Origin: the human T2T-CHM13v2.0 reference genome, Homo sapiens
Direction: 5' to 3' (one strand)
Assembly: GCF_009914755.1 (NCBI RefSeq)
Contig: NC_060943.1
DNA length: 64,000 bases
A program made the position numbers and the translations under genes. The number at the start of each line of letters is the position of its first letter. Within the stretch, counting starts at the first letter, position 1. Below the pieces are notes generated by a model. That model was not told the DNA's origin. It did not search any database and worked only from the letters and a program-made list of their open reading frames with translations. Shown piece after piece: positions 33,309 through 62,949 of the stretch.

Positions 33309-34127
33309 CTCCAGAATGTAAGCATCTGACGTCAGTGATTGCGAGGGCGCCTATAGTGGGCCAGCTCTTACTGAGCACTTGCCCTGTACCAGGCTCTGTT
33401 GCTCACCAGCTGGTGGTTTACCCTTGGTTAAGCCCCCAATTCCCCATCCTACGGATGCAGAAACCGAGGTTGAGAAGGCGAAGTGACACGCCCAGGGACA
33501 GCCCAGGAAGGTGGCGCGGCAGACAGGGGCTCAGGCATCTGACTCTAGAGCCCACCATTTTCCTCATGCATGGTGGACATGGGGCACGGTCTCTACCCTG
33601 GGGACATCCCAAGGGACACACGGTGTGTGGATGGTGCGTTCTTCCCACCAAGGGACACAAAATGTGTGGGTGGTGTATCCTTCCCACATGGAGCCTACAG
33701 ATGGGAGAACCACAGCCCTGCCCCTCAGTGTCCCCCGTGTCTGATGAGACCTGGAACAGGGGATTTTCAGCAGACATTGGACTAGGGTCACCCCACCATG
33801 CCAAGTCCATGAGTCAAAGGAGGTGAATGACAATAGCAATGAGACTTTGTGCCCAGGACACAGGCCAGGCCTCAGCCCTTGGCTTCCCTGAGCTGTGCCG
33901 AGACATGGAGAGGCCAATGCATGGGATCCTTGCTTTGCCATTGCTGCCCAGCCCCTCTAGAAAATTCTTCCAGCTCCTTGGTCAGAAATGTGGTCCCTGT
34001 AGGTGGTTAGAGTTTCAGTTGTTCCAACTGCTATTAGCTCTGATGATGGAAAGGTTGGCATGGAAAAGTTGGCTTTCAGGCACAGCTGGATCCAGGGCCT
34101 CGTGCAGCAACTTTAAGAATCCAGACT

Positions 34128-36982
<2,855 letters not shown>

Positions 36983-37489
36983 AGCCTGTGGTCTCAACCC
37001 CAGCCCTGAAGAGCTATATCTGGTGGCCCCATGTGTCTGTCATGGCTCCCAGAGCAGTGGGGGGATGACCACGGCTCAAACGTCCTTCACAGACCAGGAT
37101 GCATCGGGGTCAAACCTGGGACGGGCATTTCCAGGCCTCAGTTTCCCCATCTGCACGACCGCTGGACGGTCTGTTGGGATGGATCCCACACACCCAGAGA
37201 GCTGGGCAGATGTCCCTGAGGAAGGACAGCCTGGGTCCCCTTTCTCTGTGGGATCCATGGTTGAACACCCACAGGGATGGGGAGGACCTGAGGTTTGCTC
37301 ACGGGGAGCCCAGCTAGACCCTCCCCCACAGACCCAATTCCTTCGTCTGGAACAAGGGACAGTGCCTGGTCGGGGTGAGGGCCTGGACCACGGAACTGGG
37401 GGGTTGAGGGGCTGGATCCGGGTGTCCCCTGCCCCGGGGTCTCCCCTCCTGGTGCCCATCCCCCACACCACGCTGAAGCCGTGTGCTCA

Positions 37490-38147
37490 CATGTAGAAAA
37501 GAGGCTTTATTAAGAAGGCTTTGAAGTCAAAAAATAAAACTCTTGATACAATTTTTTTAACCCTTAAATCAGCTCAGCAAATATATAATCAGTAATTTAG
37601 CTGTGTAAGATTAAAGGTCCATTACTTTATTTAAAATAAAATATATTTTAGTTCTTAAAATTTATTCCATAAAGTACATATTTCCCTATAAATTCCCTAC
37701 ATATACACAAGAGGTAAAAAGTAAAAGTAAAAAAAAAAAAAAAATTAAAAAAATTTTAAAAATGACAACAGAAACCGCAGTAAAAAGGGGATTAATAATT
37801 AACAGAAAGTTAGAAATTTGATTGGAACGCCCCTCGCCCCCGCCCCCCTGCCCCCCTCCGGCCGCGCACGGTTGATGTACAAAAGCATAAATGGTTAGCC
37901 CCAAAAAGGGAGTAAAAATGTCACCCTCCTCCTCTGGAACGTCTGTGCGGCCTGAGACCGGCCGGCGAGAAAAGTCAAATCAGAAAACGGCTTCGGACGA
38001 AAGGAAAAAACGCTGAGCGCTGGAAAAGTCGTGTTTTTTGTTTTGCTTTTTTAAAGATCACCCTGGAGGGGAGGGGTGTCTAAAAATAAGAAAACTAAAA
38101 AAAGTGCAAGCGGACCTTTTCTCTCCGGTTTATTGTAACCTGACCAC
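37490..38147 (-). other. MEX3D: MEX3D AU/U-rich 3'UTR
   Basis: Abrupt AT-rich, repeat-free block within GC-rich DNA. Minus-strand AATAAA at 38129-38134, 37661-37666, 37626-37631 and 37506-37511. Confidence 0.8.
37506..37511 (-). terminator. MEX3D: MEX3D distal poly(A) signal AATAAA
   Basis: TTTATT on +, at the edge of the AT-rich UTR block. Confidence 0.75.
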
Positions 38148-38206
38148 TCAATACTGTCGTTGAAGGGCTGAGGCGCCGCCGGGCTGCGGGGTCTCCGTCT
38201 CCACGC
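38148..38206 (-). CDS. MEX3D: MEX3D alternative terminal coding exon (RVETETPQPGGASALQRQY*, 666-aa isoform)
   Basis: In frame after removal of the AT-AG intron 38207-38394. The 666-aa total matches the length I recall for a second MEX3D isoform. Confidence 0.75.
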
Positions 38207-38380
38207 CTGAGGCGGCAGTTAAAGCTCATCTGTAAACACTGGCCGCCGCCCACCCCCCCTGCCCCCTCGGCCTCCGCCCCTCGCCCCCTCCCCGTCCCTC
38301 TCCCACCCCGGGTCCCGCCCCGTCTCCCGCGCCCACCCCTGGCCCCCGCAGATGGCCCCGGCCACGTGGTGGTCCGCGCT

Positions 38381-50877
<12,497 letters not shown>

Positions 50878-52124
50878 GGCGGGAGCTAGCGCTGGGGCCC
50901 GCGCTCCTGCCGCCCGCGCCGCCGCCGCCGCCCGCGCCGCCCTCCGCCTCTGCGAGCTGGGCCGCCGGCCGCCTGCATCCAGCGGCGGGGGCGGGCACGG
51001 GGGGCCGGGCGGGCGGGGCGGCGGCGGCGCGGGGCTGCTCGGGGCCGGGCCGGGCCGGGCCGGGCGGCGGCAGCGACTCTGGCTGCGGCTCGGCGGCGGC
51101 GGCGACGGCGGCGGCGGCTCCTCGGCGGCCGAGGCGGCGGCGGCGGCGCGGGACGCTCCTTCCCTCCCGCCGCCTCCCGCGGCCCCGCCCCGGCCCCGCC
51201 CCCGCGACGTCACGCCGCGGCCCAACAATGGGCGGCCCCCAGGGCGCAGGCGCGCGGGGCGGGGCCGGGGCGGGGCCGGCGCCGGGCACGTGGTCCAGGC
51301 CCCGCCTCCGCCCGGCGCTCGGGCGGGAACCCGGGCGCATCCGCACGTGCGGGCGCTGCTGCAGGTGTGTGCGGCTCAGCCCCTGCCTGGACAGCGCTCC
51401 CTCCCCAAGCCTGAGAGTCCCTGCCTCGCGCGCCCCAGGGCCCGAGGTCCCGCTCCCCAATTTCCCCTAGAGATCCGGGTCGCCCCCAAGCGAGGTCTCT
51501 TGCTCCACGCCCGCTTCCTTGTGCCAGGGACCCCCACCTCCCTGCATAAAGGCGTGGGGTCCTCTCCAAGTCCCCCTCGCGATCCCACTGGACTTCGAAG
51601 TCAGGCTCCTGCCCGCCCACCGCCTCTGTGCCAGGGTCCAACCCCCGCCCCACGGTGCACCCCCCAGGGCCTGGGGTCCCAGTCCCCAAGTACCCCTTGC
51701 TATCAGGTGGGCTTTAGGGTCAGGCCCCTGCCCCACCCCCAGCCTCTGTGCCAGGGACAGCTCCACAATCATGCACACCCCAGGGCCTGAGGTCCCTCTC
51801 CCCTAGTCTCTCCTAGCTCCCCTCTGGCTGGCTCCCGGCTTTGGGATCAGGCCACCTCCTCCACGCCACCTCCTCCGCCCCACCCAAGGCCACAGACCCG
51901 GTCTCTGTGCCCCCAGCCAGAGACCTCTCTACCACAGTGGTGCTTCCATGGCGAGGGCAGGCTCACACCAGCCAGAACCCTCCATGTGGAGCCCCACCCT
52001 CTTCTGGGGTGCCTTTCCCCGCAACGGGCGTTGTCCACCTCTAAAGCCACCCTTGCCGGGCGCGGTGGCTCATGCCTGTCATCCCAGCAGTTTGGGAGGC
52101 CGAGGCGGGTGGATCACGAGGTCA

Positions 52125-52331
<207 letters not shown>

Positions 52332-52824
52332 TCAAAAAAAAAAAAAAAAAAAAAAAATAGCCGCTTTCCCAGCGGCTCTTCCTCCAGCTGTCCTTCGGGG
52401 CCTTCCTTGCACCTGTGGGGTTTTTTGTGATAAACCTGTCTGGCTGGGTCTACCTGCCCCCCTCTTCTACCAGACCTGTCCCTGGCTGGCTGTGCAAACT
52501 TGGACCGAAGGCAGGGCTCTCTGGGCAGGAGTGGGGCAGCCTGCCCCTTTGCCTAGCAAGGCTTCTCCTCTGTCCCCTCCCCCCGCCTCACACACCCTGG
52601 GTCCCCCTCAGCCACTCTTCTAGTCCCTCAGCCACAGCCACCCACTGCTGGGCCCTTCACTTTTGGTGGCTTCTCTGCCCACTTCTTCCAGGCAGGCAGG
52701 GTCAGGATCCCCCTGCCTGGAGCCCTTCCCCACCCAAAATCTCTCTCCTGACCCCAGGCTGCATCCAGCCCCACTTCCCCTCCTGGGGTCCTGGACTTCT
52801 CTTTCGTGCACGCCCATGCTTGGA

Positions 52825-53140
52825 ATTGTTTTTCTATCTCTCTTTCTTTCTCTCTTTCTTTTTTTCTCTTTCTTTCCTTTTTTTCTTTCTTTCTTCCTTT
52901 CTTTCTTTTCTTTTTCTTTCTTTCTCTTTCCTTTCTTTCTCTTTTTTCTTTTCCTTTTCTTTCTTTCCTTTTTTTCTTTCTCTTCCTTTTCTTTTTTCTG
53001 TCTTTCTTTCCTTCTTTCTTTTCTTTCTTCTCCTTCCTTCCTTGCTTCCTTCCTTTTCTTTCATCCTTTATTTCGTTCTTCATTTCTTCTTTTCTCTCCC
53101 TTCCTTCCTTCCTTCCTTCTTTCTTTCTTTTTTTTTTTTT
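52825..53140. repeat. (CTTT)n/CT-rich polypyrimidine tract (expanded tail of the adjacent minus-strand Alu)
   Basis: ~300 nt almost purely C/T, abutting the Alu at 53141. Confidence 0.9.
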
Positions 53141-53392
53141 AGACGGAGTCTCGCTCTGTCACCCAGGTTGGAGTGCAGTGGTGCAGTCTTGGCTCACTGC
53201 AAGCTCCGCCTCTGGGTTCACGCCATTCTCCTGTCTCAGCCTCCCGAGTGGCTGGGACTACAGGTGCCTGACGCCACACCCAGCTAATTTTTTGTATTTT
53301 TTGTAGAGACAGGGTTTCACCGTATCAACCAGGATTCTCCCTTCCTTCTCTGCTCCCCTCCCCTCTCCTCTCCTTTCCTTTTCTTTCTTTTT

Positions 53393-53679
53393 CGGACAGA
53401 GTCTTGCTCTGTTGCCCAGGCTGGGGTGCAGTGGCTATTCACAGGTGTGACCCCAGGACAGATCAGCATGAGAGCTTTGACCAGCTCCGTCTCTGACTTG
53501 GGTAGGTTCAGCCCTCCTTAGGCAACCTGGTGGTCCTCCCAGTCCAGGGAGGTCATCATATTAATGTAGACGCTGGATCAGCATAGCTCACTACAGCTCA
53601 GAACTCCCGAGCTCAAGCAATCCTCCCGCCTCAGCCTCCTGAGTAGCTGGGACCACAGGTGTGCACCACCACACCGGGC
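53393..53679 (-). pseudogene. 7SL (SRP RNA) retropseudogene, near full length
   Basis: Contains the 7SL S-domain sequence absent from Alu (ggctattcacagg...gatcagca...ccctccttaggcaacctggtggtc...ggaggtca..atatt), flanked by Alu-domain halves. Confidence 0.9.
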
Positions 53680-53911
53680 TACTTTTTGTATTTGTAGAGA
53701 CAGGGTCCTTTTTGTTGCCCGGGCTAGTCTTGAACTCCTAACCTCAAGCAATCCTCCTGCCTCAGCCTCCCAAACTGCTGGGACTACAGGTGGGTAACAC
53801 TATGCCCAGCCACTTGCAATTATTAATGGCATTGTCAGCCGGGCGCCGGGCGCGGTGGCTCACGCCTGTCTTCCCAGCACTTTGGAAGTCCAAGGCAGGT
53901 AGATCACCTTA

Positions 53912-54177
<266 letters not shown>

Positions 54178-54199
54178 TTATGAATGAATGAAGCAATGA

Positions 54200-54610
54200 A
54201 TATTTAATTCTTTCCCAGTTTTGGAGCCTCAGAGTCAAAACTCAAGGTGTGCGCAGGGCCGCGCCCCCTTCAAAGGCTCTGGGGAGCGTCCTTTCTGCCT
54301 CTTCCATCTTCTGGGGGCTCTGGGCCTCATCGCTCATTGTGGCCTCATCGCTCATTGTGGCCTCATCGCTCATTGTGGCCGCATCGCTCTGACCTCGGCC
54401 TCTGTCTTCACACACCCATGTCTCCCTGTATGTGTCCTGGTTTCCCTCTTCTCATGGGAACAGGAGTCACGGGATGAGAGTCCACCCCCTCCCGTACAAC
54501 TTTGGCTTAACTTGTCTGCAGAGACCCTCTTTCCAAACAAGGTCCCATTCAGAAGTTGTGGGGTTGAGGACACAGACATCTTTGTGCGGACATGATTCAA
54601 CCCATAATAT
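54200..54610. mobile_element. MLT1 (MaLR) solo LTR
   Basis: cagttttggag...caaggtgt...cagggcc...aaggctctgggga...ctgcctcttcca...tctgcagagaccctctttccaaacaaggtc...attcaacccataa. Confidence 0.8.
54323..54389. repeat. 18-bp tandem repeat, ~3.7 copies, inside an MLT1 LTR
   Basis: ggcctcatcgctcattgt x3 perfect plus a partial copy. Confidence 0.9.
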
Positions 54611-54727
54611 ACCTCCTTGGTTGTGACAGCCCAGATGCCCACAAACGTGGCCCCTGGGCCCAGAGTCACCTCAGGTGGGAAGCGCTGGTGTAGGTGGTGG
54701 CACTATTGTGGTCACCGTGAAATGTGA

Positions 54728-55139
<412 letters not shown>

Positions 55140-55433
55140 TGACCGGGCAGGGTGGGGGTTATGGGAGACAAGAGGAGCCGTGATCATCGCTGATGAAGCC
55201 CAGGGGTGGGCCTGGGGGATCCATTGTCTTGCTTAGGATACAGTTTTTTTTTGTTTGTTTTGTGTTTTTGAGAACGGAGTCTTGCTCTGTCACTCAGGAT
55301 GGAGTGCAATGGCGCCATCTTGGCTCACTGTAAACTCCGCCTCTCAGGTTCAAGAGATGCTCCTGCCTCAGCCTCCTGAGTAGCTGGGATTACAGGTGCC
55401 CACCACGCCTGGCTAATGTTGTATTTTTAGTAG

Positions 55434-55779
<346 letters not shown>

Positions 55780-55817
55780 TGATCTGTCTGCCTAGGCCCT
55801 GCAAAGTGCTAAGATTA

Positions 55818-56445
<628 letters not shown>

Positions 56446-56714
56446 TTACATCTCAAAAAACCCACTTCACACACGTTAACTGGAAATATCTTCAAATGAA
56501 CGGCCGTGAGCGTGGTTATTTTGGTAACCAGAGAAGGCTAAAAATTAAAACTGTGAAAATTAAAACTGAGCAGGGAAGGCAGTTTTGTGGTCTCATATTA
56601 TTTGCCCTCAACAAAATTCTTTTGCCCGTGGCCAACATGGTGAAACCCTGTCTCTACTAAAAGTACAAAGATTAGCTGGGTGTGGTGGCGGGCGCCCGTA
56701 ATCTCAGCTACTCA

Positions 56715-56870
<156 letters not shown>

Positions 56871-56971
56871 TCATGCCTGTAATCCCAGCACTTTGGGAGG
56901 CCGAGGTGGGGGATCACTTGAGGTCAGGAGTTCGTGACCAGCCTGGCTAACATGGTGAAACCCCGTCTCTA

Positions 56972-57115
<144 letters not shown>

Positions 57116-57149
57116 TCAAAAAAAAAACTGTGGAACATTATCATTAACT

Positions 57150-57450
57150 TTTGTGGGTGCCCTTTAGCCATTTCCCCCAGTCCCCATAATCCCCAGTCAC
57201 TGGCACCCACGTGTCCCCTTCCTGTCTCTGAATCGGCCTGTCCTGGACATTCACACAAATGGGATTGCACGCCGTGTCGGTGTCTGTGTGTCTCTTGCTG
57301 AGGGTGGACTCCTCCAGGGGCATCTGCGCCGTGGCCGGTGTCAGAGCCTGGTTCCTGTTCATGGCCGAGTCCTGCTCCATGGTGTGGCCGGGCCGGGCTG
57401 TGTTCGTTCATCCCTGGATGGGCACTTGACTTGTTTACACTTTTTGGACC
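57150..57450 (-). mobile_element. Old L1MB-like 3' fragment
   Basis: tcctggacattcacacaaatgggat...ttcctgttcatggccgag...gatgggcacttgacttgtttacactttttgg is collinear with the L1MB 3'UTR. Confidence 0.65.
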
Positions 57451-58794
57451 CCTTGAATCTGGAGCGAGTGTGACAGAATCTCACAGGCAGTGCCCAGCCA
57501 CCCGCTACCAGAAAGCTGAGTCTTGCTCCGGTATGGCCCTGTCCGAAAGAACGTTCCGGAAGCTGGGGGTGTTTTCCATGGGCACCTCCGGGCTCCTGGA
57601 GATTTGCTGTGACAGCCATGAGGGACACACACAGGCGAGGGGCATCCCCGGGGATCTTTGCGGTGGCGAGTGTGTGCGGTGGTCAGAAGGGCTGTCCCTG
57701 TCTGCCTGGGTCTGGGGGCTGCAGGGACAGCAAGGCACGGGCCCTGGGTGTGGCAGGAGAGGCATGATGCCCCTTAGCTGGTGTTGCTGAGACTCGGGAG
57801 CCCTGTGGTCCGTGTGGCTGGGCCGAGGGCTGGGAGGTGCATCCTCGCCACGGGGGTCCTGAGCCTCTCCTCCCTGGTACCCTCTGTGGCGGCAGCGGTG
57901 GGGAGCTTGGTCTGAGGGGAGGCGGGGGACACGTGAGGCTCTTGCTGCTGCTGGCAAGTGCCAGAAGGGCTGCCATGGTGGTTCACACCTGTAATCCCGG
58001 CAATTTGGGAAGCTGGGGCGGGCGGATCACCTGAGGTTAGGAGTTCCAGACCAGACTGGCCAACATGGTGAAACCCTGTCTCTATTAAAAATACAAAAAT
58101 TAGCTGGGCGTGGTGGCTACTCGGGAGGCTGAGGCTTGAACCCAGAAGGTGGAGGTTGCAGTGAGCCCAGATCACGCCACTGCACTCCAGCCTGTGCAAC
58201 AAGAGCGAAAGAAGAGCGAAACTCTTGTCTAAAAAAAAAAAAAGTCCCAGAAGGTCTTGGGGCTGAGACATGGGCGGGGCTGGGGGCAGCCAAGTGGCCT
58301 TTGAGGATGGGGCCAGGCACCGCACAGGGCAGGCTGGTCATGAGGCCCCCACGAAAGATCCCAGCATTGGGAGCTCAGGCTTCCCCGCCCCATGCCAGGT
58401 CTGGGTTCTGGGGCTGGAGTGTGGAGCCTCGGTGCGCCCAGGGGGTTCAGCCTGAGGGTCTGAGACTTTTCCAGGGCAGGGAATTTGACGAGGGCCTGAG
58501 CACTGGGCTGGCCCCTCAGGTGCCCACGCCTACAACTCACTTCTCACCGGGCACGACCTCTAGCAAAGGCCAGTATTGCCTTGGCCTGTGGGGGTCCCCA
58601 AGGTTTCAGGGAGAGAGGAAAGGACCCTCAAGCTTCGTCAACAGCGACAGCCCAGGGCCTGGATGGGCTTCCAGTGGGGAGGGCCCTGTGGCAGGGGTAG
58701 GGATCATCACATCTCAGACCAAGGCCAGGACATGGCCAGAACCCCGGGATCAGAGGGACTGATCGGGGTCTGTCAGTGACAGGAAGCTGGGCTG

Positions 58795-58992
58795 CGACAG
58801 AGAGGGAGAGACAGCAAGAGACAGAGACAGAGACCGAGGGAGAGAGACAGGAGAGAGAGCAAGAAACAAAGAGGGACAGAGAGGGAGACGGCGCAAGAGA
58901 GAGACAAGAGGGAGAGATAGAGACAGGGATAGACAGAGACAGAGAGAGACCAAGGGAGACAGGGACACAGTGGGAGATGGGAAGAGGGAAAC
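58795..58992. repeat. GA-rich (GAGACA/GAGA)n low-complexity tract
   Basis: Purine-rich gagacagaga units. Confidence 0.85.
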
Positions 58993-59499
58993 AGAGTGTC
59001 TCTGAGTGCCGGGCAGATGAGGGGAGGGTGGCCTCCCAGCCTTCAGGTCCAGAAAGCAGCTTCCAGTGGCCATGGCTAGTGAGCTGAAGTCCAGGGTCCC
59101 GGGGCACAGCTCCCCTCCCTGCAGCGGCTGTGCAGGACCTGAGGACCTGGGGGGCCCTCCCTGCCAGGCAGCCCCTCCTGCTTCCCTTCCTTTGGAAGGA
59201 GCGGTGCTGGGTCTGAGCCCCAGCCCATCTTCCTCACCGGGGCAGCAGGGCCAAGACCCACGATCCCTAGGCTGAGCCAGCGGCACCTCAGGGGGCACGG
59301 CCCTTGCCCACAGATGCCCAGGCCGGCCTGGTCTTCTCTGAATACCCCTAAGCCTGACTCTTGGGTTGTGAATGTCCGCGAGGTTGGGGGACCTGCTGGC
59401 CCTGTCCCCACACCGCTTTCAGCCTTTCATCACCCAACCAAAGACAGAAGCTCAAACGTGGGCACCAAAGTCTAGCGGACGCACCGAACTCCAGGCTCC

Positions 59500-60977
59500 A
59501 AGCACATCCACCCATGGTGGCTTTATTCAGTCACGTCCCCACGCCCACGGCTCCCTCCACCAGGCAGACAGAGGGGAGGCCACCCCACTGCAAAGGGTCC
59601 CAGCCAGTGGGCACCAACCTCAGGAAGACGTGGTCCCCACCTGGAGCTTCCCTCGGCTGCCCTGGCCCTTGAGCCCGTCCTGAGGATTTGTGCTTTGACT
59701 CTGACAGGGAGCAGCAGGAAGCTGCCAGCCCACTGCCTCCATGCGGGTCCTTGGAGGGCAGACGGTGGAGCGGCGCTTCCTCAGCTCCCGCGGTCAGGCC
59801 CCATCAGGGATGGTCACAGTCCAGCCACAGGGGCGACTCTGCCCATCAGTCCCCCTGGGGCAGCGACCAGATCCTGGCTGGGGCAGCACCGGGACAGGCC
59901 CTCTCTATGGGCCTAAGGTCAATGCAGGTGGGGGCTCGCTGGGCCCAGGCCAATGAACCCACCCGTAGGAGCCCTCACTGGGCAGCAGGGCCAGGAGGGC
60001 ACCAGGGACTGGCCGCAGAGTCCACTCGGGGCAGGCGTCTGTGGCTTGGAACCTGCCCTCGCCAAGGCACTGGGGGGTTAAGGAGCAGATCCCTCAGACG
60101 GCCTTGGGCCAGAAGCTCCCTGGAGAGCTGGGCACCTCGAGGAGCGTCTGGGAGCCTCACCCTGTCCCAGTGGCTCCTGGCACCCCTGGGAGCGTCAGCA
60201 CCACCCCAAAGCTGGGTGCCTGTGTCGCCACTAAACAGAAGGGAAACCGAGGCAGGGGGGCCGGCTGGCAGTGGAGCATTCTGGCAGCGCCGGGCGACCA
60301 AGTCCCGACTGGCAGCGGCTGGAGTTTGGTTTTCAGAAGCGAAGGCTGGCGTTGGCACACAGGGAAGGCTGCCCGATGACGTGCCTCGACTGTGTTACAT
60401 TTACTGAAGGAGAGCGGCCTCCTGGGCACGCCACTCAGGCACGGTGAGGCTCTGTGGCACCACCAGCCGCATGGCAGGGCAGAGAGTGGCGCCGTCCTGC
60501 ATGCCCCCCACAGCAGACCAGAGTCCCGTCCTCACGCTGCACAGTGGGTGATGTGAGTTTCAAAACTACGCCTCCAGACCGAGAAACCCTCCCAGCTGTC
60601 AGCAAGCCGTGGCGCCGAGCTGCCGGGCACCTGCTGGCTGCTCTCCAGTCTCAAGGAGCTGGGACAGCGGGCATGGGGAGGAGCTGGCCTCGAGCCCAAA
60701 GGTCGTAGGGAGCCAGGCAGGGCCCAGGAGCACCCGGCACTTCCCGAAGCCGGACTCTGTAGAGGACGAGCGTGGAGGGTCTTTCGGGTGGGGGCAGCCC
60801 CAGCTGTGTGCCCCGAGGCCCCGGGAAGTGGGGACGGGCCGAGGAGGGAGCCAGGAGCACGGCCTTCCTCCTGGGTGTCTCCAAGGCTGGGCTTCGCCGC
60901 CGAGCCTGGTTCACGTGGGGCCGAGGACCGCGTCTGCAGGCGGCTCCAGCAGGCAGCACGGGCTCTCGGCAGGGCCT
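59500..60977 (-). other. MBD3: MBD3 non-coding terminal exon (3'UTR, proximal form)
   Basis: Donor GGCAG|GTGCTG 5 nt after the stop; strong acceptor ccctccctgtcctttccag at 60978; AATAAA at 59522-59527. Confidence 0.75.
59522..59527 (-). terminator. MBD3: MBD3 proximal poly(A) signal
   Basis: AATAAA followed by a GU-rich downstream element (GGGTGGATGTGCTTGG). Confidence 0.7.
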
Positions 60978-61158
60978 CTGGAAAGGACAGGGAGGGCTGG
61001 CTTTAGCGACTCCACGGGACGGGGACGCTTGGGCTCTTCTAGGGAGATGGGAAGCTCTTGGGAGGCACCCGTCATCCCAAGCACATCTGTGTTCACCAGG
61101 CAGTCCCCACTGCCAGGACCCGACTCCAGGGAGCCCCCGTGGCCCCGCAGCACCTGCC

Positions 61159-61357
61159 CTAGACGTGCTCCATCTCCGGGTCCGGGTCGGGCTCCTCCTC
61201 CTCCTCCTCCTCGTCTTCCTCGTCGTCGTCCTCAGCGCAGGCCTTGTCCAGCGGCGCCTCCCCGTCACGGGCCAGCTCCTCCACGTGCGCCAGCATGTCG
61301 GCCATCAGCGCCTCCTCCAGCCGCTTCCGCACCTGCTGCACCAGCTCTTCCTGCTTC
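61159..61357 (-). CDS. MBD3: MBD3 last coding exon (p66-binding coiled coil and acidic tail)
   Basis: Acceptor tgtccccag; KQEELVQQVRKRLEEALMAD...EDDDEEDEEEEEEEPDPDPEMEHV*. Confidence 0.95.
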
Positions 61358-61719
61358 CTGGGGACACATGGACCTTGCGTTACACCAAGGTGAGCGGCCA
61401 GCAGGACATGGACACAGGATGAACGTGGGGACCTCAGCTGGGAGGGGAGGCCCGAGGGATCCACAGGCACCCCCCCAGGACCAGCCCTGGCCCGTGCCAC
61501 CCCTCCCTTCACAATCCACGCAGAGAATGACCGGCTGCCGCTGGCCATCGCCAGCGTCCGCCACCCTCCCAGATGGCCCCCCTGCCACCTCTACTGGGAC
61601 CAAGGGAGGGGCCTGACCCTTCAGTCCCCAGACTTGGCCCTGAGCCTCCCCGGGGCTCAGCTGTGTAAACCCTTGCTCCTGTCCCTTGACAGGCACTGAG
61701 TGGGGCAGGAAAACCCTCA

Positions 61720-62949
<1,230 letters not shown>

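Noticed and set aside
31849-33321. 490-aa and 369-aa His/Pro/Ser/Ile ORFs and antisense MDGW ORFs
   Set aside because: These are translations of the (CCAT)n simple repeat, with no splice or promoter context.
52415-53306. Phe/Leu/Ser-rich 'membrane-like' and Lys/Glu/Arg-rich ORFs
   Set aside because: Translations of the (CTTT)n tract.
54323-54389. Short direct repeats (also 10071-10221) considered as a CRISPR-like array
   Set aside because: Head-to-tail tandem repeats without unique spacers, in eukaryotic DNA.
60609-61616. 335-aa plus-strand ORF and other frames over the MBD3 last exon
   Set aside because: Antisense or alternative frames of GC-rich MBD3 sequence.
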